Below, in pieces: positions 1 through 12,385 of a DNA stretch of 64,000 nucleotides. Where the stretch lies: the NCBI GenBank assembly GCA_951804945.1, contig OX638153.1:67890001-67954000 (forward strand), in the 5' to 3' direction. Below the pieces are notes generated by a model. It saw only the letters and a program-made list of their open reading frames with translations. It was not told where the DNA came from and made no database searches. The first letter of the stretch is position 1, and each line of letters begins with the position of its first letter. The stretch is from Podarcis cretensis. Lineage: Eukaryota. Made by a program: the position numbers and the translations under genes.

Positions 1-2224
1 ACTCCATGAATAAAAATGAAACGGGTTGAGAGAAAGAATGTTGCATAAAAATCACATCTTATAAAAACAGTCATACCAGACAGAAGCCTTGGGATTCCAC
101 AATGCTTGATACACTAAGGATAACAAAGTTCAATTAAACATTTGACTTGGGTAAATATTTTCTACTAACCCATAAAAAGCCAAGTCACTGGTTCATGTGA
201 CCAAATCCTTGGTCCATGTTTATCACAACACTGGTCTCCACCTGATTTGTTTGTTTTAAAAACTTTGATATGCCTTTTTAAGATTATCTGGTGTAGATAG
301 GCAATTTTAAAATTGTAAAATTTTAAATTGAAAAATTTTAAAATTCCATTACATTAAACAATAAATTGACTTTCCAAAGCACTGTTTGTATTTTGGCATT
401 CTTATTACAAACTAGTTCAACACACATATTGTATCATTACATCTTATTGGCCCTATTGTTGACGTAAATCAAATTACAAAAAGTAAATTTGTTGCCAATG
501 CAAGAACACTATGTCTATTGTCTATCTTCTTGTTGCAAAACACTCTGAAAACTCCATTACAAGGTGACCTGTAAACCAATCAATAAAATATTTTAAATTT
601 ATTTTTAACCTCTGAAATAGTGATTTATCCAATATCTTAAGATTATTGTACATAAACTTGTGGTTGACCTGCAAACCCAAAGTAAAAAGAAAAGAAAAGA
701 ACAGATCTGATATTCAATCCTCAGACGAATAATTAGCACATTCAGTGGGGGGGGGGGAGTGGTAGCACTGATATAGCTAGAATAGAGTCAATATGCACAG
801 GCTCTCAAAGCTATCCTATCACTAATGGGGCTCTCTCTTTTATTCCCCATTTAAGTAGTAGCTTTTTCACAATGTCAGCAGAGACAAATGAGAAGGTAAA
901 CAAGTGCTGAGACACTGAAAACTAAAAATGTTCAACAGCTAACTTTAATGCTTAACATAGATTAGCCAGACACAGAGCTTATGCAGCTGTTTCTCTTGTG
1001 CTGCTGGAATTTTACACACTGGTATATTTTTATCTACTGACCCATTTTCATCAACCATGTCAGACATGGTTGTCCTACAATGGTTGTTTATAATGTGGCA
1101 GGCTATAGGTACCCAAAGGCAGCAGCACAGAAATGAAATGACATACCCATCTGTAAGGTGGTATTGAGTTTTACAAACTTAATGGCAATCTCATGGGTAA
1201 TATATCAAAACTAAAACTTCTCCTGGGACCATCACCTAGTAGATCAATGTGGCAAGGGACAAGTGTTGGAAAAGTGTTCGTCTGCAAAGATTTCCAAAAT
1301 TAAACACACAAAAGGTTTGCCTTAGCTCACAGCAGAACATAAGAACACTGAAAGTTGGGAGTGCCCTCCTAAATGGGTTTCAAAACTGGTTTCATCAAAC
1401 ATGAAAACAATGTACTTTTCCCTACTTGCATCCAGATGTTAAGTTAGGAAAGAACAACAGTATGTTAGAGTAACTGAAAAATGTCAACAATCCTGGCCCA
1501 GAGACCTTGAAATGTTGAGCACCAAAAGCTTCAGCCAGGGTTCCAAACAGAACTTCTAAACTACAGTTTCCATCCCTCCATTGCCCCTGCCTGGTTTTGT
1601 TAGAAGAGGGTAAAGCTAGCAGACAGTCATAAAGTCACATAAAGCCATAAATCTGCAAAAAGCCATAGAGAGTTCATGTTCAAGCCAATACAGTACTTGA
1701 ATCAGACACCCTCATTCACATTTCAACATTTTGAAGGACAATACTATCCAAACCCTGAATTCATGACTGATCAACTCCAACGGGTAAGTTCTCAAATGAG
1801 CAGGGGCTCAGATTCATGGCTCATTGCTGCAACTGCCCTTTAAGTGTCATCCTGATGGGGAAGGGGATAATTCCTGAGCTCATGCTGACTTTTCTCATGC
1901 AACTCAGTGTGACATCAGCAAACACTCCCCTACCTTATTGTGAGACATGCAGTGTCCTAACTACCAAATATTTTGTCTAAAAAGGCCATTCAAAAATTTG
2001 TGGATAACTATGAAAGAGCACACAGAAATTTCTTGATAAGATCCTGGATTTTAAAGAATTTGTTATAGTTGTACCCAAGGACTTCCACAGTGGAATTGCT
2101 ACTTGTCCTCTTGGAACAGGAGACCCTACAGTCACCTTCATGCATTATACCCTCCCTGTGTGGAAGTGACAGTGTCAGAGAGGAGCCACATCACAGGGTG
2201 AGCCTACACGTGCAGAGCAGGCTC

Positions 2225-2460
2225 TACATACCTCAGGTTACATACACTTAAGGTTACATACGCTTCAGGTTACAGACTCCGCTAACCCAGAAATAGTGCT
2301 TCAGGTTAAGAACTTTGCTTCAGGATAGGAAATCGTGCTCCAGCGGCATGGCGGCAGCAGGCGGCCCCATTAGCTAAAGTGGTGCTTCAGGTTAAGAACA
2401 GTTTCAGGTTAAGAACGGACCTCCGGAATGAATTAAGTACTTAACCCGAGGTACCACTGT
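2225..2460 (-). mobile_element. Tc1/mariner (pogo/Tigger-like) MITE, family A
   Basis: Ends TAACCCGAGGTACCACTG; internal repeats of TTCAGGTTAAGAAC; left TIR has a small deletion. Confidence 0.85.
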
Positions 2461-3729
2461 TCAAACATTACCTCAGTGTGTGGTACGGTGGCAGGTATGA
2501 TCCTGCTTTTTAATTGTGTGAAGGGGATAGATTTATGTCCTAAACCCAGTCCAAAATTGCTTTTCAAACTCTCCATTTTAAGGCAGCCTGTCATGTTACA
2601 TGAGGACTGCTACCTGAGAAACAGAAACCCAAAGAACATTTGAATATGCATAACTACTTGTGCATGTCTTTGAATGCTGGCTACAATTTTTAAAGTTCTG
2701 TCACTAGGCAGGCCCCTTTCATCCTTTAAAAAATAGGGATGGGGACCTTGGTCCTCCAAGTGTGTTGCCAACTACAGCTCCCATCATCAATGACCATTAG
2801 CTGTGCTGGCTGGGGCTGATGCATACTGGAGTCATAACAATATATGGAGGGCCACGGGCTCTCCATCCCTGCTTAAACATGTTAACATGACAGCAATATA
2901 TTCAAGATTGCTAGCAACAGCCTTGGTGGGATTCAGTACTTTTTTCGGGAATGACTCACCCAGTATTTGAAGCCAGAGGAGCTAGTGTGATCAGAGTGAA
3001 GCATGTGATTTAAGCCTTTGCAGGATCATGGCTTTACTGCAGTACATGATAAAGCAACTCAGTTATACTGAAACCTGTTATGGCAAGTAATGCCTTTTAC
3101 TCCCATACAACACTATTTAAATTAGCCCCCAATGAAATATTAGCTCAGAGTAATTTTTTTAATGCAATGGACAATGGCATACTGGAAAAAAGTACTGCTA
3201 ATCCCAGGAATTGTTTGTGATTGTATTCACAAGACTATGGCATTTGACTGCATAAACCCTACTTTGCAACCCATATTCTAGGTAACAATGAAACAGAAAA
3301 CTAACTCCCATTCAGCATTGCTAGTTCTAACATTTTTCATTTCTAAACATTTTTACACCTGAAGTGTAAGTACACTGAGTGTGAGTAATTCTTAGTGCTG
3401 GGCTAAATTTTAAATAATCTGTCTCCAACTGCTTTATTTTTAGTTCTAAGAATGACATTGTGGGAAGCAACTCCACATTACATTCCATCTAAACAAAATA
3501 ATACAGTTAAATCTAAACCTAGAATCTTTTCTTCAAGCCCAATAGAATGGTTAAAAGAAGATTCAAGTAATTATTATAAAATGGAAACATGGCATACAAA
3601 TAAAGTACCAACAACTAAATCCATGGGAAACTTTAACATAACAATTACTTCCACTTGAGAGCTTCTATAGCATTATTCTTATAATAATATGTACACAGGA
3701 TTGTGGCCTCTGTCACATGCTGACAGCCT

Positions 3730-4330
3730 TTAGGAGCCACAGGTGAGAGCTGAGTGCAGGGTGGAAACCAAAGGTGAAAAACTATCCCAGAAGGAGCATG
3801 TGTTCCCTAACACCCCATACACTGGGCTAAACCAAGGTGAAGGTTGCAGATGGGTCTCAAACCCTTGGTGAGTTAGGAACTTCCCCTGAATGCGAAGATA
3901 TAGTGGGTACAATGGTCAAGGATGCAGTTACAGCATGTGCTGTAGAGGGAAATGAGGGGCAGATGGGGCTCGTCAACCTGGAAAGGTAGTCCCTCTAGGA
4001 GAAGAAAAACTCTGATCCTAAACCTCTGCTGCCTTGCAGGATATCTTCAGGAGAAGAAAAAGCTAAGGAGCAAACCCTACACAAATCTAAGTAGAGTCCC
4101 TAAGACAGTTGGATGGTGCCTTGTACACCTCCTTCTGGAACTCCTGCAGCCAATCTGGTGCCAAACTATTGCTCTGCTTTCCTTTGGACCACAGTGAGGC
4201 CAAGAGGGGGGTCTCGTCATCCATATACACTGCCATGGCTTGTGCCCCAAGGAGGTCACTTTGGTGCTACTAACACAGTGGTTTGACTTCACCCTAGAGG
4301 CGCTCTCTACTGTCTCTCGAAAAGGACTCA
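3730..4330 (+). mobile_element. Interspersed repeat, probably an RTE-clade LINE 5' region
   Basis: First about 90 bp recur at about 46091-46202 (TAGGAGCCACAGGT.AGAGCT.AGTGCAGGGTGG...CCCTAACACCCCATACA); family assignment is from memory only. Confidence 0.45.
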
Positions 4331-4485
4331 GAATAAACAAGAGAGTACCAGTCCCCATTACACTCCCATCTGGTCATCTGCAAGATCCTGACAAATAAAA
4401 TGCTTTCCCCTTGCTGTATGATTTTACAAGAAGCAAGTATAGGTGCCAAAATTGTTTGATCAACTTTGTTGCCAGAATGAACCAA

Positions 4486-4570
4486 TTTGTGTATCTGAAG
4501 AAGTGTGCATGCACATGAAAGCTTATACCAAGAACAAACTTAGTTGGTCTCTAAGGTGCTACTGGACAAT
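4486..4570 (+). mobile_element. Penelope-like element terminal-repeat remnant
   Basis: CTGAAGAAGTGTGCATGCACATGAAAGCTTATACC...TTGGTCTCTAAGGTGCTAC, a motif I recognise from reptile Penelope-type repeats. Confidence 0.55.
4491..4528 (+). ncRNA. Minimal type I hammerhead-ribozyme-like motif
   Basis: GUAU-CUGAAGA-A-GUGUG(CAUG)CACAU-GAAA-GC-UU-AUAC: core boxes present, 4-bp stem I, 5-bp stem II, palindromic AGCU stem III. Confidence 0.5.
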
Positions 4571-4949
4571 TTTTTAATATATTTCATGCCACAAAAGTGT
4601 TAAACTGCAGCTGTGATATGCTATTCCTTCACATAATCAATAGTATATATTCAGGGGCTACAAATGGGCTTGCCACTGGTGAACAGTTTTACTTCTGGTG
4701 AGTTTCATCTCACTCTTATCCAGCCTGGAAAACAGCAAAGACCTCACACTAACTTCATAATGAATCGGAGAACTTGCTGGTTTTCCACCTATCAGTTTAG
4801 GACGGGGGCAGAAAGCAGCACTTGCCTCACGGCTGCACTGAGCTGCAGAGGCACTTCAAGCATCCCCCAAACTCACAACTGAGACCCATCATTCCCCTTG
4901 GGAGCCACACAAAATTTGTGGACCTTTGTACGTATTTACAGTAAGTGAC

Positions 4950-5950
4950 CAGGTGAGGAAATGTGGATTGGCAGCACTCGCACTGTTGCCAACACGTAAT
5001 GCCTGATCACCGAAGTGGTGATCAAAGTTAAAACAAAGTGGCACTGCTGAAGAAAAATGCACGCACAACACCACTGAACAACTACAGCAGCTACTCATCC
5101 AGCTTCAAATGTTAAGCTGGCAGATGGTGATGCTGACACAATGATGGTATTCAGTGCCTTTGAGATTGCTGGTCATGGTTATCATGTGGCCATTGTTGGC
5201 GAGGATACAGACCCACTTGCATTGTTTTGCATGCAGTTAACACATGCAGGTCCAAAACAAGGAACTTTCCTATTGAAGCCTGAAAGAAACAAAATGCCAG
5301 ACTGCCATGTGTAGCTTTTAATCACAAAAAATAGGAATAGGGAGAAAGTGTTCCCACTCACCGAGTGTGATACAACATCAGTGCACAGTCAAGAGTGCTT
5401 AAATAAATTCAGAAACTGCCTAACAAGCGACTTCCAATATGTGAAGTTTGAACATAAGAAGAGTCTGCTGAATAAGGCCTAGTGGCCCATTCAGTCCAGC
5501 ATCCTGTTCTCACAGTGGTCGATGGAATGCCTACGGAAAGCCTACAAGCAGACCTGAGTGCAAAAGAACTCTCCCCTCAGTGGTTTTCAACAACTGGTGT
5601 TCAGAAGCATGCTGCCTCCCAACAGTAAACAAGAAATATCCATGTTTGACATGAGAATCCTAACACAACTTCTGATAACTGCACAGCACATATTCAGGGT
5701 TCGTCTTCAAGTGCAGCTGTAATCTGTGGTGACTCTGCAACCAAGCTAGTGGAAATGCAAGTTAACACTGCTCCTGCCAACACATAAACCAGATGCTTCC
5801 AAGAAGTTCTGCTCTCAAATTAGGTAGCTCTGGGTATACTTCCCACATGTACCATAGCCTGTGGTTGTCACAAAGCATACCTACCTGATATTCTCATCAG
5901 GAAGTGTGAACTGATGTGGCACCTGTCATGCAGGAATGCAAATAATGCAA
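4950..5950 (+). mobile_element. Decayed Academ-type (XPG nuclease + Cys-cluster) DNA transposon coding remnant
   Basis: Hand translation: VKLADGDADTMMVFSAFE...VAIVGEDTDPLAL (from 5111), FPLTECDTTS (5351), AQHIFRVRLQVQL (5681), CTIACGCHKA (5848), in the expected order; interrupted by a SINE at about 5452-5630. Confidence 0.65.
5452..5630 (-). mobile_element. Squamate short repeat with a CR1-like 3' end; related copies at about 28140-28255 and 44790-44980 (+)
   Basis: AACATAAGAAGAG.CTGCTG...AGTCCAGCATCCTGTTCTCACAGTGG; reverse complement recurs in the window. Confidence 0.6.
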
Positions 5951-8588
5951 AGACTAGTGACTAACAACCATAGCTGCATTGAGCCAACTAATCTAGACTA
6001 TAACAGGATCACTTTGACCTTGCTAGAAGTTACAGAGCCATAATTTTCTACATCAAATGATAGCCTAACCCTCATTTGATGGCATCAAATTTATGTGCTG
6101 GGCACAGAACAAAATTGGCCATTTGAACAGTGGGAAGATAACCATATATCAAAGATTATATTGTTTAGGACATAGTTATTTATGTAATAAAATCTGCCAT
6201 TTGTGAATTACCATCTTTTGCATTGAATCTGCTTTGGCTTTTATAGTATTTGAAGTTAGAGCAGCTTCTAGTCTACTTTTACTTGACCAGTGAATATGAC
6301 ATTTCGGAACAGAAAAAAACATGTATGAACTAAGGATCTAACAAATACATGACATAAATGTAATATCATGGGCATAATGGTGGAAGCACCATTTAGATTT
6401 AATGGGATTTTAGTATGATAAGAACATTTTGTGACATATATAAGTCATCAGCTGTATAAAAATTACATGCATAATCTGAGCCAAAGTTTGACGGGTCTGT
6501 TGTACTATTATGACTCAATATCTTATCACGACTTCTCCCATATGTTTTTCAATCTTCACAAAATGGTATACACATTCATGTGATCTTATCAAATTCTTCA
6601 CACAACTAATTAAAAGCAGACTGTCAACAACAAGTTTCAAACTCAATATCTTAATTGGCTCAAAATGTAAACTGAATGAAACTGTAGAAAACAATATTTT
6701 AAAGTAATCCAATAACTAATACTTAAAGGACAACTAAATTGAAATACATAATATACTGATTATATTGGCCTTGGTATGACCAAAAAAATCTCTTTAAAAA
6801 GCATTACTAGATAGTAGCTTGAGAGCTGTAGACCTACTTCAAAATGTGAAGTTGAAAACTATGAACAAATCACAAATATGGATTAACTTTTAATGTCTCA
6901 AACTTGTCTGAACTACCAAGATCTTGCAGAGGTACATTAAGAGGCTGTCCATAAGATGGTGGTTCTTTGGAATTCTTTCCCTAAGGAACTATACCATGTC
7001 AATCTCTCCTTGGGTTCTGAATGCAAGTAAAAATAATTTCTCAGGTTTAAACACTAATTCACAGTGCAAGTCTACTCAGAAGTAAGCAGCATTAAGTTCA
7101 CTATGACTTACTCCTAGGTAAGCATACATAGTGCAGTGAACTAGATGATCACACTCTAATCTAGAGCAAATGGGGGTGTTAAACTTCTTAATTATACATG
7201 TGTATTTCATTGGGTTGCGTTTAGTACTTCAACCACTACAGAGTAAAAAATAGCTTTGAGAGGCAGGCTATAAAAAAAATTTGATGTTTGTTTATTTTTT
7301 ACTTAAGAACTAAGGAATCAGACATGAAGGCTCTAGCACAAATTGCAACCAAACCATTACTGCTATAACCAGTTGTGGAATAATCATTAATCATTTAACC
7401 AGGCCATTGACAAATCTGAGTTTGTTTCTACTGAAAGAAGTTAAATGATAGATACCGGTCCTTTCTTTGGTTGAAGAGTAGTCCCAATGACAGATATAGC
7501 CCATTCTAACTGTAAGGAGAGTTCAGATCAACCTCTGGGTACCTTGCTACCTCGTGCCCAGGTCCAGAACTCGTTTTACCAGCTAAAAAGACCAACCAGC
7601 AGAAATGTTCACAAATACTCCTTTGCACTGGACATGGACTAGGAAACATTTACCGAAATCTTACATGCTTTTTGTTTTTTGGTGATGGAATTGCAAGCAG
7701 GTGCAATTCACTGATAACTTGCAAGTTCTTCCAGTTACACAACATTTCTAACTAATCTGAGAGACTGACCTTGCTTAGGTAGGAGCAAAATGGGGATTGG
7801 TGCCAATAAAAAAGGAGAATCTGAAATTCAGGGGGAAATGGGTACTCAAGCACGGAACAAAGCTTAGAACTGTTAGGATCACTTCACAGCCTTATTTTTA
7901 TGCTTTTTGTTCCCCCCACTTCCCTTATCACCTAAAATAATTTTTTACATCTCTCTTCCTGCCCCGCCTCTGTTCCCACGTGACACGTAAGCTGTCCTCA
8001 CTTGGGAAACCTGTATATCTCACAACAGGGAGTGATGCAAAAGTTCTATTTTGGATGATACAGTCAAGCATCAGGAACAGAAAGCATGAGACACTAGTCC
8101 AAAGGAACTCAGAAATACAGAACTGCAAGATCACAGAACTGGAATGCGCCACAAGGTGAACTGTAACTTAAGGCATACAGTCCTTTTTTATCTTTCCCCA
8201 AGGGCAAAAGGGACTGTACCACTTCTGCATAAAGTGGAAGCTGAGAAAAGAATGCTCCTGCCACATGCACCTAAGCTTGTGCATCTTGATTTATTTATAA
8301 CAAAACAACAAAAACACATAGTAAAATGGCAGAATTAATCTTAAAAGCAGAACTAGTGACATGATGCGATAAAAACTTATGTTGCCTATAACAATTTATA
8401 TTTGCATTCTCATCCAGCAAACATCAGAAGCAAAATGTGCGCCCCTGTGTGTGTCTTTAAAAAAGGCTTCTTTCTAACAACATAAATAACACCTGCATTT
8501 ACTAATATTGTATAGGGTGTTGCCGCTTTGTTTTTGCCACTGCTACTGTTGCAGAAGCCTTGGCATTTGGAATCCATATTTACAAATA

Positions 8589-8821
8589 CAGTGGTACCTC
8601 AGTTTAAGAACAGCCCTGTTTACGAACGATTTGGGTTACAAACTTCTACAAAACCGGAGGCTTACCTTGGTCTACAAACTTTACCTCGGTCTAAGAACAG
8701 AAACCTTACGGTGGAAGGGCACTGGCAGTGGGAGGCCTCATTAGGGAAAGCGCACCTGAATGGTTTCGGTTTAAGAACGGACTTCTGGAACAGAGTAAGA
8801 TCATAAACCGAGGTACCACTG
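8589..8821. mobile_element. Tc1/mariner-type MITE
   Basis: TA|CAGTGGTACCTCAGTTTA...TAAACCGAGGTACCACTG|TA. Confidence 0.88.
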
Positions 8822-11587
8822 TAAAGCAATCTCCTCTATGCTTTTCAACTCACCTATCCTTCAAAATCTTCCAAATCTCCAGCTGTTTTTGGAGTAGCAG
8901 GTGGTGTGCTAAGCAAAGTATTATAAGGTACAAGCACAGAATACCAGCTTTGGAAGGTTATTTTTTGATCTAGAAAAAAATGTATGCATAAGAGATGTAC
9001 GTAAATGAGACTACTGTACTTTACAGAGTCCTTAGCAAACAACAAGCAACAATTTGGATCCTGAACCAGTAACAGACTACTTTCATTTTGTTTGATATAT
9101 CAGATTTACAGTCTGGGAAAGGGCTTAGACCTGGCACAGCCAATTAATGCTCAAGTGGCAGCTACGGTCACGACTTATTCTATCAGTTTCATCTGATAAG
9201 AAGGGATGTGGCCAGTTTACCAACCACCACCCATACATGTGTAACCTTAGAAGCTGAGTGTATTCTATGCGGGGCTGTCATCCTGTTCAGAAGCTTCAAC
9301 ATGCCCAAGGTAAGGACAGATCAACACAGTCAGCTCCAGCCTGGAAAAGCCATTCACTTTCTTTGCCTGTGGCATGCAAGAATCAACTCTAGGCAACTCA
9401 GGAAGCTTTTGTAAATTAAGTTTCTCTCCCCCCTACCCACTCCACCACTGATATGATACAGACAAGCAGCACAAGCATATACTGGCAGACAAGGAAGTAA
9501 TCTGTGGGATAATGACATTTGCAGTACAGCATTCAACTTACGGAAATTACATGTGCCAATTTGGTTCCCAGCACTATTCAAGGAACTAGCTCTGATCTTT
9601 CAAATGCTGGATAGCATAGGTCTCACTCAGTAAGATCAAAAAGCAAGGGGGATCTAGAAGATCCAGTCAGGTGAACTCAAGGTGTGTTACGCGGTGTGTG
9701 GTAATTTCTGAATGAAAAATTCTACAGCCTTTTTATGAATCATCATGAGGCACATTCTTATAAATATACATATTTTATCCCTGCCATCCTACACACTTGC
9801 AATTTGGGTAACCAGTACCCATTACACAGCTGGAAGAGGTGTGCAGAGGCCGCAGAAAGAACTGTGCGCTGAGGGAGCCCTTTCGGACATTCGTCCTTCT
9901 GGGAAACACTTTAAGGCCAATGTAGCCTGGAACTGGGTGTTTGAAATAAAGCTGGTTTGACTGCTGAACGAGACATGGCAGGGGGCAGTTTAAGGAAGCT
10001 TCTTCAGGTATCTGCCCATAAGAGTAAGTCCTGCCATGGGTGACACATCACCACCTCCAAAGAGTCATCCCTTGGAGGAGTAATGGGGCCAGGGGTGCCA
10101 ACCCCTCTCCATTTATAACCACCATGACGAGGCTCAACCCTAGGGTGAGAGACTACTACTATTAGTATTTTTTAATTTATTGCCCACCGTTTACACCAAG
10201 GTCCAAGGGCAGCTAAAACATTAAAGCACAACATTAAAAACAGTTTAAAACAACTTATAATTACAGAGGATCCTAAAAACATACACTTTAAGTGTCAAAA
10301 GCCAGGGCAAAAAGGTGCATCTTCAGCATTCACCAGAAGTTGCAAAATGAAGGTACCAGATGCCTTGGCCAACAGAAATTAACACCTGACAGTTGTGTAC
10401 TTGGAAGAAAAAGCAAAGATGCACTTGGCCAATGAAGGTTAAGCACTCACATTATCAACTGTAGAAAGTGCACATTAAAAAAAAACATTCTAACTTTGAA
10501 ATGGGATTCTTCTATAATATGACTACTCAAGCTATCCCATTCACAGGAAAAAGCATTCCAGAGTCCCCAAATAGTAGAATTAATGGTCTAACACTTACTG
10601 TCTTCAATTCCCAAAATCCCTTTTAGAATATATTAGTAAAACTGCCTCAATAATATTAGAAATTGAACTCCCCTGGGGCAGAAAAAATGGAATGTTATCT
10701 AGAAATTGAAATACTTTGCAAGCTCCTAAAACATTCTTCCAACCCTATTAACTACAGAGAAGAGGCAGTTTCCCACTGACATGCCTGATATCAGAAATAT
10801 TGTGGAAAGGAAGTACAAGATGTAGTTTCATAATAATTTGAATTCTCCCAAGTGGTTATTGTGTAACGGCAAAGGAAACAGAACTTAAAACAAACAAGAA
10901 AAATGAGTTAGTTTTTTGGTTTGTTTTCTTTCAGATTATGGATGTGCCATGAAGATCTAATGGAGCTACATGTCAGGATTGGGGAGGCATGCAAGAAGAA
11001 AAGTTTCCTTGTAAATGCTGAGGTCAGAGTCCAACTAAATAGGTAAATGCAAATTGATCTTTCTCTGCGTTCAGGGAGCAAAAGGACAACTTGGGAGTCT
11101 TTGGTGCCAAAGAAGATGCCACAAATTCCACATTGTTTCAAGTATTTGTTATTTTTAAAAGTCTATGTGCCAGAATTAGACAGGTTGCTTCAAAAGTACC
11201 CCCTGTCGTTGAGTTACACAGTGCATCTTTCAAGTTTTGGACATGAGGCAGAATTTCTCAGCTTCCTTAGACATCCTGGAGCCAGATGTCTAAACTGCAA
11301 ACACTGCTCATTTCAAAGCAAAGAAATACACACTGCCATCCCAACAACACACCACTGCTTTAGTTATGTCACACTGCCTTATAATTCAGCATTTTTCTCA
11401 CTACCTATGGGAAACAATTGACTCTAGGCTACAGGTGTATCTACACTGATATCACAATTACTGACACCATAAATTAAGCCATTGCCATGTGTGTTACAGA
11501 AGTGCTGACATCCTCACTGTGGCTCCACTGCCACCCATGCTTGACAGGCACCTTCAACAGCCCCTCAGGAGGGGAGTAGGTAACAAC

Positions 11588-11612
11588 GTTGTTGTTGTTG
11601 TTGTTGTTGTTG

Positions 11613-11650
<38 letters not shown>

Positions 11651-11651
11651 G
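11588..11651. repeat. Compound microsatellite (GTT)n(GTCT)n
   Basis: Seen directly in the sequence. Confidence 0.95.
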
Positions 11652-12140
11652 GAATGTAACAGCAGAAGAATAGATACAGGCGAGCAAAGCAATTGATGGA
11701 CAATAGCTCCAAGTCTGTTGCCAAGGTGAATACTATAGCCGTTAGTGTTCAGTATTCAGAACTACTATATTATCAATATCCAAGCCAACCAACACATTAG
11801 AGAAGTTGCTCAAATGGCTCATAACAGAATCATATGGTACAACTCAGGATCACTCAGACATGTAACCAACCACAGGGCAGTTTTCCTGACTGGGCAAACT
11901 GGCATTCCACTACACTGGCCATACAGGCTTTCAGTGGCACTATATACAGAAATACTAGTGCAAAATGTAAAGATGGATCAAAGCACAATATCCACTGGGG
12001 GGGTGGTTCTTTAAAAATATTACATTCTGAAGCAAAATATGTGGCCCTCCAGACTACAGCTTCCATCAGCTCCAGGTAGCATGGCCAATGGCTGGAGATA
12101 ATGGGTCCAAAGATTCTCCATTTCTGTTAAGATTTGTGTA

Positions 12141-12385
12141 CAGTGGACGCTCGGATTGCGAATGTGATCCGTGCGGGAGGCACGTTCGCAACCCGCAGCG
12201 CCGTGTCTGCGCACGTGCGGGTCGCAATTCAGCGCTTCTGCGAATGCGCAAAGCGTGATTTAGCGCTTCTCCGCATGCACGAGAACCGAAACCCGGAAGT
12301 AACCCGTTCCGGCACTTCCGGGTTCGGAGCGGTGTGCAACCCGAAAACGTGCAACCTGAAGCGCCTGTAACCCAAGGTATGACTG
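12141..12385. mobile_element. Tc1/mariner-type MITE, CpG-rich
   Basis: TA|CAGTGGACGCTCGG...CCAAGGTATGACTG|TA; internal inverted repeat AACCCGGAAGT/ACTTCCGGGTT. Confidence 0.8.
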
